In this document: positions 1-12,930 of the stretch, piece by piece | Layout: the number at the start of each line of letters is the position of its first letter | How positions within the stretch are numbered: position 1 is the stretch's first letter | Assembly (NCBI GenBank): GCA_050613775.1 | Contig: JBODTK010000102.1 | Coordinates: forward strand, 372,001 to 436,000 | Direction: 5' to 3' | DNA: 64,000 nt | From: Neocallimastix sp. 'constans' | Lineage: Eukaryota | Notes under the pieces: generated by a model | The model's database searches: none | Told to the model about the DNA's origin: nothing | What the model saw: the letters and a program-made list of their open reading frames with translations, nothing else | Position numbers and translations under genes: made by a program

Positions 1-37
1 ATAAATAATAAATTATAAATATAAATAATAAATAATA

Positions 38-70
<33 letters not shown>

Positions 71-222
71 TAATAAATAATAAATAATAAATAATTGAAT
101 AATAAATAATAAGAAAATAAATAATAAATAAATAGTAATAATAATAATAAATAATAAATAATAAATAGTAAACCAAAATTTTCACTATTATAGTGTATTA
201 TAAAATGAATTAAATGAAACAA
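1..222. repeat. AT-rich low-complexity (AAT/AAAT) tract
   Basis: Almost only aataat/aaat units; the 69-aa ORF here is a compositional artefact. Confidence 0.8.
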
Positions 223-1244
223 AGAAATAAGAATAAAAGATATTTCAATAAACTAAAACAAAAATAATTAAAATAAATTTAAAATGTTGGAAAAAGATAT
301 TTTAAATATTAAATAATTCGATTGAGTCCACTTAAAAATTTTCTATTAAATATTGGATTACTTGTTCTTTAGCTATCCTCATCTAAGATAAATTTAAAGT
401 AAGAAAATATAAAAATTTTACCAATTAAAAAAGGTCACCTCCATCTTATACCCATTTTGAAACAAAAAAAGAATAAAAATTTGAAAGATTTTTAAAATCA
501 ATAATGTACTTTACAATTACTATTTCAAATAAAAATTCATCAAAATATTATTTCTTTTTTTTTTTTTTTTTTTTTTTGTTCAATCCTAAGGAAAAAGTGC
601 GGAGTAAAAAGGAATTGAAGTAAGGACAAAGAAAATGGGAATACGAATTTCTTAAAGTAGAAAGGCATAAATTTAGGATTATTTCTTTTAGATATAATTT
701 TGAAGCTCATGTTGCCAAAACTTGTCAAATGGATGGAAGACACGACTGTCCAGAAACGGTGTCCTTTTTGTTAAAGAAAATATAGTAATCATCGATTGGA
801 ACTTTGGTTTTTTCTAAAGGATATCATTTCCGTGAATTTTATATATGAAATACTGTAATGGATATTGAAATTTTAAAAAAAAAAATTAAAAATAGATGAA
901 CTTATTTTAGACATATGAATAATTTTATAAAATTTTTTAAATATTTAATAAATATTTAATTTAATTTTTATTACATTATATTTTTATTTTTTTTTTGATA
1001 TTTTTATAAGAATACATTTCTATATAATTATAAAATTATTAAGTGTTTTATGTAAAAATAATAATTTAAATATTTTTTATTTTTATAATATATATCATCA
1101 ATCATATTTAAATGGTTTTATTTTATTTAAATAAATTATTAATATTTTTTTATATTTCTAAATAAAAAATTATTAAATTACATAATTTTAAATTGAATGG
1201 AATTAATTAGTATAAATCTTTTAAATATATTATTTTTTTTATTT

Positions 1245-2033
1245 TTAATTGATATTTTTATTAATAATTTTAGTATTAGTTTTTTTATTTACTAATTTCT
1301 TTCTGATGGAATTTCTTTTTATGTTTTTATAGAGCCTTTTTAAATACTTCTTTCCATAATGACAGAGACTTCCGGCTCTTTGTTTATAGTAATAATATAT
1401 TCCTTCATCGGGAGCCTTATATATTTTTGGATGGTGCTGGTAGCAATTTTTTCTGAATATTTTATCTTCCTGATATCTTATATTGGTTGGAAATCGTAGA
1501 TTATGATCATCCAAAAATTCTCTTCGAAAGATGCTATCGCTGACAAAGCCTTCTATTTTCGTAAAATTTTTATGATGAATATACTTATCCGATCCATTAA
1601 TGCTTTTTACAAAGGTACCAACGACAACATCATAATTTTTTGTATATTTGTATAAATTTTCAAAAAACCGTTTATCAACATAGTCATCACTATCCAGGAA
1701 TCCAATAAATTCACCGTTTGCGATATTGATACCAGTATTTCTACTTATGGATGGTCCTTTATTTTCATCCAAATGAATTATTTTAATTCGATAATCTTCT
1801 TTTTTAAGTTTATTCAATATATTAAGTGAATTATCAGAGGATGAATCATCAATACATATTATTTCTAATTCCTTTAAAGTTTGGTTCAATACCGACTGAA
1901 TTGAGCGTTCTAAATAAAGTTCTGTATTATATACTGGTATAATAACAGAAATCTTAATTTTTGAATAACATTTTCCTTCTAATAAAATAATAATAAAAAT
2001 ATACAATAAAAAAATTCTTTTTAATATAAACAT
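1245..2033 (-). CDS. GT2 glycosyltransferase (Glycos_transf_2) with N-terminal signal/anchor, intronless
   Basis: Motifs ISVIIPVYN, LNQT, IDDSSSD, SRNTG and DxD in FLDSDD; hydrophobic N-terminus IFLLYIFIIILL. Confidence 0.93.
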   Translation of the reverse strand: MFILKRIFLLYIFIIILLEGKCYSKIKISVIIPVYNTELYLERSIQSVLNQTLKELEIICIDDSSSDNSLNILNKLKKEDYRIKIIHLDENKGPSISRNTGINIANGEFIGFLDSDDYVDKRFFENLYKYTKNYDVVVGTFVKSINGSDKYIHHKNFTKIEGFVSDSIFRREFLDDHNLRFPTNIRYQEDKIFRKNCYQHHPKIYKAPDEGIYYYYKQRAGSLCHYGKKYLKRLYKNIKRNSIRKKLVNKKTNTKIINKNIN

Positions 2034-3210
2034 TTTTTAAAAATATAATTATTCTTATAAAAATTTTATTTTAATTGTTTTTAAAATTTTATTATTTATT
2101 TTATTTAATTTAATAATTTATTATGATTGTATTTATTTAGCTATTGAATTTAACTTTCAATTTAAAAATATTTTAGAGCTTTTAATATTAATATTACAGT
2201 ATAATTTAATATAAAAGTAAAAATGAGATTAATTATTTTTTTTTATTAAAGAAATAAGACTTGGTTAATTATTAATTTTTTTTAAATAATAAAAAATTTA
2301 ACTCTAATTTAATTAAAAATAATAATAAATTTTTTTTTTATAAAAACTTTATAATAATAATTTAATTTTTAAAACTTAAATGAATTGCTTATATTGAAGT
2401 TAAAAAAATTAAAATAAACAAATTAAATAATTTTTTTCAATTATTAATTTCTGAATTAAAATATTTAGTAAAATTTTAGAATAATTTATAATTTGTAATA
2501 TTTATAAAAAATTAAATAAAAATAGCGAATTTCAATTTTTTTTTTCAAAATTAAATAAACTTTCATAATAAAAATTTTAAAATTCATAAAATATAATAAA
2601 ATTTTATTATTTGATGTAATATTTTATATATTTTAATTTTTATTTAATTTAATAAAAACTATTTTAAATTATTAACTTTCAAATCATTTATTAATAATAT
2701 ATCTAAATAAATAAATTTTAATAAATTCAACTCTATAAAAAACAATAAATATTAATAAAGTATTAAAGTTTTATTTTTTTAAATAAACATAAATAATATT
2801 TGCTAAAATAGAATTAATCTCTGTTATTTTTTAAAATTTAAAAAAACTATTCTAATATATAATAATAAAATTTTTAAAATTAGTACAGTTGAATATTATA
2901 ATATGGATATGTTGATAATCTATTAATTATAATAATAAAGTTAACGTATAAATTATAAAGTAAATCCTTAATTGTATTATTTAATTTTCTTTAATTTTTA
3001 ATTATTTTAAATATGAATATAATAATAATAAATTATTCTTATATAAATATTGTACTTTTAATAAAGAAATTAACTAAATATTTTCAATAATATTATTAAT
3101 ACTTCAAATATTTTAATAGTAAAAATTTTTATTTTTAATTTTATTATAGTAATATTTCTTGGAGTTTGATAAAAATATTACTACTAATTTTTCATATTCT
3201 TTTTTTTTTT

Positions 3211-5184
3211 TTAAATAGTTCTCTTTTTCTTTATTTTTCTGTTATTTTTCTTTTTTTTTTTTAGCTCCTTCAACTTCTGTTTATCGTTTTCAATTCTTAT
3301 CTTCACATTATATATTTCACTTAATTCATTATTATCGTTATGCCATATGCTATCAATATATTCATATCCGGGTTTACTCAAATTCCAAGGCTTAAATGCG
3401 ATATAATGAATTATTTTTTCATTAGAAATATATTTATTATTTCCATAAAATACTTTTTTTAGAGTATTATATATATTAGATTCTAAAGTTACTTTAATAT
3501 TATTTTCTAGAAAATATACTTGCATAATATCTTGATCTGGGCAGCTATTATAATATGAAAATGATTTATCGTATTTATATGCTAAATTTAACATTTTATC
3601 AATATGTGATTTATCCAACATATTTTTATTTATAAATATTACACCATTATTTATGTTTGTATTTATTTCATCATGTATGTTATTCCATATTTCTTTATTT
3701 TCTACTTTATATTTTTCATGTGTAAAGCATATTATATTTTCATTATTATTGAATAATTCACAAATATTTGAAAGTACTAGTGTATCCGAATCAATATATA
3801 AAACTTTATCATAATCTGTTAAACCAAAAATCTCAAATTTTATTAAAGGTGGTATAAACCTTTTTGGTATGAACTTCTTATTTATTTTATCATACTTTAA
3901 AGTATCAATTTTCAAAAATTTTACATTAGGAAATTTAAATAATATTCTTTCTTTAGATTCATTTGATAAAATACTGTATTTGTCATCATGTATTACGAGA
4001 ATATCTCCATTAAACCAATTATTATGTTTATAAAATGAATATAACATTGTTTCGAAACCTATAATGTAATTGTCATTTACTATTGTACATAAACAATATT
4101 TATAATTTATTAATTTAAATTTTTCATCTAATTTCAATTTAAAATCAGGAAATTCACTAATAAAACTTTTTAAAATTAAATTATATTTTTTATTATCTAT
4201 ATTATATAATGATATATCTATTGAATCTTTAATAATATCTTTGGAGTAATCATAAATTTTAGAGGATTGACGTAATGTTTTATTTTCAATAATATTAAAA
4301 CACCATTGCCAAGATTCATCGGATGAAGGAGATAATTTCATAAATAAATCTTCATCAAAAAATCTTTTGTCTGTAAATATATTTATTGGATATAAAATAC
4401 CACCAAATCCATTCATAGGTTTTCCTGTATTAACAATCATATTTTTAATAGCATTTAATTTACCTACTTCTGTTTTTATATATAAATATTTATATGATTC
4501 CCATTTATATTCAGATGTTAAGTATTGATTTGAAGCACCGAAAATTATATCATTAGGATAAATTTTATGATCTTCTAAAAACATTTTTAACCACCATTTT
4601 TTTCTGATAATATAATCATCGCAAATTAATATTGGATTATTAGGATATTTCTTTAAGGTCGGTATCAATCTTTTATGGCTAATTATATTTCTTTCATACC
4701 ATAAGATTTCAATCAAATCCGGATATTTATTTATAAAATCCACTAAATCAACAGGTAAATCATTTTCTTTATTAGGAAATTCAGGAATAGCTAATACTAA
4801 AACAATATGATACATTGAAAATGGTACAGATTGATTTACCAATGATTCAAGAACAATTTTTACATATTTAATTCTTGCAGGATACGATGTCAAAGAAACA
4901 ATAACTTTTTCTTGGTTTTTATATAAAGAATCATTTTTAAAATGATTATCTAATAGTTCATTATTTATTGTTGTAACTACATTTTGTTTATTATAATTTT
5001 CTTCTAAATATAAAATACTTGTTTCATTTAAGTTTTTAAATGAATACTGTAATTCATATTTTTTAGTAAGTTCTTTGCATGTCAAACAATGTTTAAATAG
5101 ACCATTTTTAGATATACCATTAATTCTTTCTATTAAAAAACAGAGTATATGATTAATTAAAAATAATTTATAAAAAATTTTCAT
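3211..5184 (-). CDS. Bi-domain glycosyltransferase: N-terminal GT-A-like domain fused to C-terminal GT8 (glycogenin/LgtC-like) domain; signal peptide
   Basis: Domain 1: VIVSLTSYPARI...ICDDYII...GFGGILYP...SDESW. Domain 2: TIVNDNY, KFEIFGLTDYDKVLYIDSDTLV, NNGV, DQD, IIHYIAFKPW. Hydrophobic N-terminus. Confidence 0.85.
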   Translation of the reverse strand: MKIFYKLFLINHILCFLIERINGISKNGLFKHCLTCKELTKKYELQYSFKNLNETSILYLEENYNKQNVVTTINNELLDNHFKNDSLYKNQEKVIVSLTSYPARIKYVKIVLESLVNQSVPFSMYHIVLVLAIPEFPNKENDLPVDLVDFINKYPDLIEILWYERNIISHKRLIPTLKKYPNNPILICDDYIIRKKWWLKMFLEDHKIYPNDIIFGASNQYLTSEYKWESYKYLYIKTEVGKLNAIKNMIVNTGKPMNGFGGILYPINIFTDKRFFDEDLFMKLSPSSDESWQWCFNIIENKTLRQSSKIYDYSKDIIKDSIDISLYNIDNKKYNLILKSFISEFPDFKLKLDEKFKLINYKYCLCTIVNDNYIIGFETMLYSFYKHNNWFNGDILVIHDDKYSILSNESKERILFKFPNVKFLKIDTLKYDKINKKFIPKRFIPPLIKFEIFGLTDYDKVLYIDSDTLVLSNICELFNNNENIICFTHEKYKVENKEIWNNIHDEINTNINNGVIFINKNMLDKSHIDKMLNLAYKYDKSFSYYNSCPDQDIMQVYFLENNIKVTLESNIYNTLKKVFYGNNKYISNEKIIHYIAFKPWNLSKPGYEYIDSIWHNDNNELSEIYNVKIRIENDKQKLKELKKKKKNNRKIKKKRTI

Positions 5185-6499
5185 TTGATAATAAATATTA
5201 ATTTGTATAATAGCAATTCAAATTCAATTGTCTGAAGATATAAAATTTATGAAGAATAATTATTTATTATTTATATTTTTAGAATGAGAATAGTTTATCA
5301 CAATTAAAAATTAAAAATTTTAAAATTTAATTTGGTTTCAAAAATATCGAAATGTTTAAACTAATAAAATACTTAAGTTATTTTACAAGAAATTTAATAG
5401 TTCACATTATTTTCTGAATTTTAAGTTGTATTCTCTTATTCTTAAATAATTATTTTTAATTATAGATTTTAAATTAAAGTTTCTTTGTTTATTTTCTTGA
5501 AATTTAATATGTGTAATTCACTTGTTGAATAAAATTTGAAATATAAATTAAAATCGGCATTTTAAATTATTATTAAAATAAATCTTTCAAAATTAAAAAC
5601 TCTACATATTAGTTTAAAAATATTATTTATTTAAAATATAAAAATAATTTTCATTTTTTATTTATTTTTTATTTAAATTGTTTTAGAATTTTTTAATTAA
5701 ATTATTCAAATTTAATTTTATTATTATAATTAAAAATAAATAAAAAATTAAAAAAAATAATCATTATGTATATTTAGATTCTTTATTCTGAACAAAATTA
5801 AATAAAAAAATTAAATAATATATCATTTTTAATATTTTATAGTTTAAATTATAATAAATGAATATAATATAAAATAATACAATGTTATATTATTTAGAAT
5901 GTATTTTATTATTATTATTAGTACTATATATTTTATATGATTTATAATAAAATAATAAAATTTTTTAAATTAATATATTTATATAATTTTAAACATATTT
6001 TTTTCTAATCTATTGTGAAAAACAAATTTATAAATCTAAGACAAACACTGTATTAATAAAAACAATATAACAAAGTATTTTATGTTATGAGTAATATTAT
6101 AAAATGTTTATTAATAATTTTTATTATGAGGATATATATATTTTCTAAGAGATATTTTTACATTAAATTTATTTCATATTTTTATATCTTAGTTAATACT
6201 ATTTAATTTACTTAGAGATTAATTATTGGTTGATATAAATTAATAATATAAATAAATGTATGTAACGATTTCGTCTCTAACATTTTTATTTATATAAATT
6301 TTATAATTAATTCTTTATTCATGTATTTATATATATATATTAAGATAATATTCACTAATTTATATCTTTATTAAAATCTTATCATATATTATTACTTTTA
6401 TTATTTTTTATTTGTATTTTGTATTTATTTTTAAAAATTTAAAATACAACTGTTTTTTTTTATATTAAGAACTAAACATTCTTCTTAATATTTGCTTCT

Positions 6500-7760
6500 T
6501 ATTCACATTTTTACTCATTACAAATATAGATTTTCTTTTCAATTTGTCCCTTTTCAATGTTATTATCAATTATTTTTTTTGATATTATATATAGTTGACT
6601 AAACAGTCTATTCATACTTTCTTCAGTTAACTGGATTAATTTTGTTCTAACATTAATACTGTTAATGGTATTTATTTTTTTGAATGCTACATAAAATGAT
6701 TCATCATTACTATCGGTTATATAATAATACTTCGTAACTTCAATATTTGCTTTTGTCGTAATTAAGAATATCTTGCCACCATCATGGCAGTAGTTCTCTT
6801 TATTCAATATTTAAACAAAAGTTTCTTTAGTTATACCACAAAATTACCTACATATGACATCGTTATATTACATTTATGTAAAGCACTTCCTTTAGACCAA
6901 AAAGTTTTCTCACTTCTGACCAAAATTTTTTAAGAGGAACCCTAACCTGATTCATGGGATGAAGTTATATTATGCTGAATAGAATTTTAATTTAAACCAC
7001 GGTACAAACGAAATCTAAATTTCCAGTTATATCGGAATTCAATTTAAAGAAATAATATCCCTATTCTGTTTCAGCCATTCACTTGCCATCCTCATATCTA
7101 AATAATAGAATTTTAATATAAATTCCGTTAACAATATGTGAATTATTGGTAAATGAACAGACTTCACTGATCGAATATTTCAGTTATTACATTTATTTAT
7201 TTCTACCTCAGTTAAATCATAATTATCAAAAATTTCACAGTTAATATTCAATTTTATCATATGGCCTTCAAATAAATTAAGAACTGATTTATTTTTAGTG
7301 TTATAAGTATCCTTTACTTAATCACCTTCAACTGGAATACCTTCATATTACTATTCTGTATCTCCCTTTTTATATTCATTAATACTACTAATAACAACCA
7401 TTTCTTATCATCAATACAAACATTCCCACCTTTCATGACTTTATTAAATGTGACTTCACCATTATTAATTTTTCCACTTGGTACTTGGGTTAACCCTAAC
7501 CCCTATATCATTAAATTATATGATAATTTTTTCATTAGCACTGCTGTGGTTAATGTATATGCCATTTTTATTTCTATTAATTATTGAATAAACTTTATTT
7601 CCATTATTTCCACTCTATAGAAACATGTAATTTCCTCACCATTAATAACAATTTAGTTTTTATCTCTATATAAGTTGAGATCAATACATGTAGTTTTAAG
7701 CCATGTATTATTATATAAAATTGCAGGTTCATTTATATTATTATTGGCCATCACAAATAG
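6500..7760 (-). pseudogene. Decayed coding-like relic of unknown, possibly virus-like or mobile, origin
   Basis: Less AT-rich than its flanks, broken minus-strand frames (including 6511..6807), embedded CCCTAA motifs near 6938 and 7491. No family recognised. Confidence 0.3.
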
Positions 7761-7797
7761 TTATAATAATTTCATTTTCAGTACATTTATATGATAT

Positions 7798-7889
7798 TAC
7801 TGAGTTTGATGTACTATCTTATAGGATAGTACATCAAACTCAGTAGGGTTAGGGTTATAGGTACTGGATATATATACCTAGTACCTATA
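7798..7889. repeat. Two adjacent hairpins separated by a TTAGGG telomere-like motif
   Basis: Perfect 21-bp arms 7798-7818/7825-7845; tagggttagggtta at 7844-7857; 10-bp arms tataggtact (7856-7865)/agtacctata (7880-7889). Confidence 0.85.
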
Positions 7890-8752
7890 TAGCAAACATT
7901 TAATGTTCTATTTAAATTTTTTTAAAGGAGAGATAATTTTTTGATTTTTATTAAATTTATTGATATTTTAATTTTCATTTATAAAAAACATATTAAATAT
8001 CATATTTTGATATAAAAAATATATATTATTATGATTATAAAAAAAAATAATTTTTACAAAAATTAATTTATAAAGTATGAAATATTTAAATTTTTTTTAT
8101 ATTATAAATTCAGTAAATAATAATTCTTTTCATAAGAAAAATATAATCCTTTTTAATTCATGCTTTAATTTAATTTATATTATTAACAAAAATATGACTT
8201 TCTGTTTATTTTAAAACTATAATATTATTATAATTTTTTATATAATTAATATATAAAATTTTAGTTTAAAATTTTGAAAATTTTGTAAGATATTTTATTA
8301 AAAATATAATTAAAATATTAAATATTTTCAGAATTTTTAATATTAAATTAATATTTTTAGATAAAGGAAGTAGTTATCTTTAAAATTATTTATATAAAAA
8401 AAATACAAAAATATATATTAATTAATAATTTTATTATTTTTATTTTAAAGCTCATTTAATTAATAATTTCTAATTATTAATAGAAATTTTAATATTTCAA
8501 ATATTTTGAGTTAGACATTATACAATAAATACTAATTGAAATTATTAAATTAATATTTATTTTCAAATAAATATTTATCAATTTTTAAAAAATATGAAAT
8601 TTTATTAAATCTTAAATTACACTTTTTATTAATAAATGTAAAAATCATAAATTTTTAAAGGTTATGGAATATTTTTTATATTCTTATAGAAAATTTAATT
8701 AAATATAAATATAACAATTAATTCTTTAAGTATTAAAATATCAAAAATTAAA

Positions 8753-9526
8753 ATGAAATTATTTAATAATTTATTATTAATTATTTATTTAACATTAGAA
8801 GTATTATTGAGTAGTACATTTTCTATACCATTATCGATTATTGTACCTGTGTACAATACAGGTCCTTTCCTGGATAGATGTATAAAATCAATTTTAAATC
8901 AAACTTTTAAGGATTACGAATTAATTTTTGTTGATGATGCGTCAACTGATAATTCATTAAATAAATTAAAAAAATACAGGGAAACTGATAATAGAATCAA
9001 AATTATTCATTCAGAAATAAATAAAGGGCCTGGTGGAACAAGAAATATAGGAATAGACAATGCAGAAGGAGAATTCGTAGGATTTGTTGATAGTGATGAT
9101 TATATTGATAAGTCATTTTTCGAAATACTAATGAAAAATTCATATGATAATGATATTGTAGTAGGTCGTATAGTCAGAAGTACAAATATTTCAGATTACT
9201 ATATAAAAGAAAGACATACTAAATGGGCAGTTGTTGATAAAATTTGGAGAAAAAATTTTATAAAAAAAAATAATATCAGGTTTAATGAAACAATGAGACA
9301 TGGTAGAGAAGATGATGAATTTAATAATGAAGCTTATAAATTCAATCCTAAAATTTTAAAATTACCAGATGAAGGAATTTATTATTATTACAAAAGAAGA
9401 ACTGGTTCTAATCAAAATTTTTCTAAAGATCAAATAAAAAAATTTGAAAGAAATGCTAAAAGAGAATTTAAAAAACAAAAAAAAAGTAAAAAAAAAATAG
9501 AAAAAAATAAAGAAAAGCTTGATTAA
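8753..9526 (+). CDS. GT2 glycosyltransferase with signal/anchor, intronless; paralog of 1245..2033
   Basis: LSIIVPVYN, VDDASTD, RNIG, FVDSDD; shares the C-terminal PDEGIYYYYKxRxGS motif with the first GT2. Confidence 0.93.
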   Translation: MKLFNNLLLIIYLTLEVLLSSTFSIPLSIIVPVYNTGPFLDRCIKSILNQTFKDYELIFVDDASTDNSLNKLKKYRETDNRIKIIHSEINKGPGGTRNIGIDNAEGEFVGFVDSDDYIDKSFFEILMKNSYDNDIVVGRIVRSTNISDYYIKERHTKWAVVDKIWRKNFIKKNNIRFNETMRHGREDDEFNNEAYKFNPKILKLPDEGIYYYYKRRTGSNQNFSKDQIKKFERNAKREFKKQKKSKKKIEKNKEKLD

Positions 9527-10533
9527 ATTTTAAAAATTGATTTATATTTATGATTTTTTTGAGATATTAGTATATTTCTTATTATAATTTAAAATATGAA
9601 TATGAATAATTAAGAATAAAAGTGAAAATATTATATTTAATTATATATATATAAAAAATTTTATAATTTTTTTTCATATTTAGTAAGTATATAATTATTT
9701 TAAAATTTTATAATCTTAGTAATAATAAATAAAAAATTTATAAAAAAATTTGACAGTAATTTTTTGAATTACAGCACAAAAAGGAAAAATTTTATATAAT
9801 CTTTTGAAGTGATTTTGTTTTTTAAAAAAGATTTTAGATCATATAAAATTTATATTTAATTTGGTATTTCAAGAAAAAACAAAAATCAAAATTTAAATAT
9901 TTTTGTAAGAAACGTTGAATAAATTTTTTAAAACTAAATTTAAAATACCAATATTTAATTAATCTAGTTGCTGGAGCACTTATATAATTAATATATTTAC
10001 AGTAAAACTTTCGTATTTCTCCAGGAAGCATACTATTATGTTTGTGAATTGTTAATCTATATGTTTTTTTTGTTATTGAAAAATATGAAAGTATTTGTAT
10101 TTTTTTGATTATATGAGAAATAATACAAGATGAATCTATACAATTTTTAAAGTATAGAATCATTGTCTAAGTTCAAAAACTAACTATAGAAGGTATGAAT
10201 AGTTCATTAGACTTATTATAAATAATGTTATTTTAAGTCTTATTTAAATCCAAACAAATCTCATTTCAAAGCAATTTAACTTTTTTAATTATTCCTCTAA
10301 TTTTGATAATTTGATAAGGAATATTATTTTGAATATAATGAAATTTCTAAATAATGTATTTTTCAATCTTTCCAATTCTTTTAAGACAATATTATTTTTT
10401 AAAATATCCATAAATAATTATTTAAATTTATATGTAAAAATAACTCTAGGTTACATACTTTATAATTTATTTTATAAATGATCATATTAAAAATGAAAAC
10501 ATTATTTTATATTACAAAATTATATTTCTATTA

Positions 10534-10777
10534 AACTCTAATTTTTACCCAAAATTAAATTTGAGGGAGAATGTTAGAAATATAAATATAAAGTTTCATA
10601 AATATATTAATTTAAGTAGTAAAGTTACACATATTAATATATCTTTGTAAAGATATATAACCAATAATAATAAAAAGACACATATTATGATAAATATAAA
10701 TACCATAAAAATGTATAAAATTAGAGACTATACTATTCTTTATTCTTATATAATAAAAAAGAGATTTTTACTTTTCA
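10534..10777 (+). mobile_element. 3' end of an LTR element (PPT plus ~206-bp LTR), related to the LTRs at 20524 and 24608
   Basis: tttgagggagaa PPT, then TGTTAGAAA at 10572 to ttttCA at 10777; shares tactattctttattcttatataataaaaaa with the 20524/24608 LTRs. Confidence 0.7.
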
Positions 10778-11561
10778 AATTTTATATTATACAATAAAGA
10801 AAATTGTTTAAATCTAGATTTCTAGTGAAAGTGGAATATTAATAAAAATATATGTTTAAAAAGTCATGTTTCAAATCATATAATAATGAATTTGAAATTT
10901 GGTAAAGCATTTACAATTACAAATAATATTAAATTAAACGTTTATAACATACGATAAAATAAAATATATTTATATATAAATAAATAAATTTAAGTTTAAA
11001 ATTCTTTCTATATTTATTAATATTTCATTTTAAAATAAATGTAAACAAATATTAAAGGGAATACTAAAATAGAAAATATATATTATATATTTATTTAATT
11101 TAAAATATCTTTTAAATAATTACACTAAAATTAATATTATGTATAAATATTTCCTTTAAATTAATAGTATGTAATAAATTTCTTTGTCTGTTTATATTCA
11201 TAGATTCTCAATAAATGTATATAATATCTTTATTGAATATTAATGAATATAAAACAAATCTGAAATACACATTTTAATAATTGTGTGTTTCTTACTTTTA
11301 AAGTATATTTAATAATTTATTATTTATTAATTTCTTATTTATTAAATTTATTTATTTATTTACTACTTAGTTATTGATAAATTAATTATATTTTATTTTA
11401 TATTTATTAAAATTAATTATTAATGATTTAATATATATATATTTTTTTAAATACATATAATAAATATAAAAAATCAATATAAATTTTTTTAAAAGATTTA
11501 TTTAATTATTGTATATATTAATTTTATATTTATTCAGTTTTTTATTTGTATTTTTATAAAA

Positions 11562-12930
11562 TCAACATAATAAACAAGCTCTTTCTTTTTTTGATATATC
11601 TTTTCTATCCCATTCAGTTAAAAAAGGATTAATCCATATATTATTAATTCTTTGTAATAGTAGACATATAGGATTTAATTTTTTAATCTCCATTAATCGT
11701 TTTAAATTTTCACCTAAATCTCCTTCTTTTGCTTTTTTTTTCCATTCTAAATATTTTTCATATTCTTTATCATTTTTATCTAAATATATTAAATACTTGG
11801 CTAATTCATTAGGATTTTTAAATTTTCTTACATCTATATAAGAATACTTATCAGGCGCAAAATCAGCAATATTCTGAGCACCATAATAAACAGGAACAGA
11901 ACCTTCTATGAGTGGTTGAAAAAATTTTTCAGTAACATAATCCCGATCAACCGAATTTTCAAATGCTAAGGTAAATTTATATTTCCTAATAATATTCAAT
12001 TTTGTTTCATATTGATCTTTACCTTTATCTTCTTTTCTTTCATCTTTATTGTGAAGACACTTACCATATGAATCAATCTTCACATAATTCATTAATTCTT
12101 TAATATATATTAATCTTTCTTTAGATTGGCAATTAGAAATAAATACAGCTGCAATAGCTTTATTTCCTTTTATTTTCTCTTTTACTGATATCGGCGATTT
12201 CTCAAAATGAAATGGTACATATGTAATAGGAACATCAGAATCAAGATGATATTCTAAACTATAATCAAAATATTTTCTTTTAGTGATCATAACCCTATAC
12301 CTTACTATTGATTCCATAGAAGTTAATATTAATTTTTGGCGATTTTTATCATATTTAAAATTTTCAATATTATTTATTTCTTTTAAATTATCTAAAACAT
12401 TTAAATTAATAATATCACTTTCTTTAACATTATTAACATATTTCCAGGAAAATGGACAATTTTTTCCTTCAGGATCTTCTTTATAATGATAATTTTTACC
12501 TTTATAATATATTTTATAATCAACTTCTTTTTTACTCAAAATATTTTTTGTAATTATTCTTGAATCATTTTCCATAAATATTAATTTTTTTAAATAAAAT
12601 ATTTATTAAATTATTATTATAATAAACAATAAATTATAAAAAATCTATAACTTATTATATACCTATAATTAATTAAATTTTCATTTTTATACGTTTTCTC
12701 TAAAACAGAGCATTTTTTACAAATTTTTTTTAATTTTATCTTTTTATTAGAGCATCTTTTCATACATCGTAATTGTAACTTGGAATAACCTATCAACAAT
12801 TAAAATTTTATTTAATAATATAATTGATTTTAATGATTAAATAATTAGATTTCATACTTTTAGAGATGGCATTATTAGTAAAAAAAATAGAAATAATCAA
12901 TAAAGAGAAAATTAAAAATTTAATATTCAT
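11562..12930 (-). CDS. GT10 alpha-1,3-fucosyltransferase-like protein; predicted 3 exons (12930-12858, 12789-12663, 12558-11562)
   Basis: GT10 motif YKFTLAFENSVDRDYVTEKFFQPLIEGSVPVYYG, plus FISNC and IDSYGKC. Upstream ATG at 12930 gives signal peptide MNIKFLIFSLLIISIFFTNNAISK. GT..AG introns keep the frame; the second acceptor is AAG and less certain. Confidence 0.85.

Noticed and set aside
575..870. Coding-like patch (plus-strand QRKWEYEFLKVERHKF...)
   Set aside because: Short, interrupted, no recognisable family; possibly a gene relic but unsupported.
3211..3290. Lys-rich C-terminal tails of several GTs as targeting signals
   Set aside because: Readily explained by extension into A-rich DNA; no specific motif can be supported.
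9834..10420. 109-aa ORF and possible MULE C-terminal relic
   Set aside because: Only a faint IRG-like resemblance; too decayed to call.
11185..11260. Imperfect inverted repeat, possible MITE
   Set aside because: Short AT-rich arms with mismatches and no TSD; likely chance.
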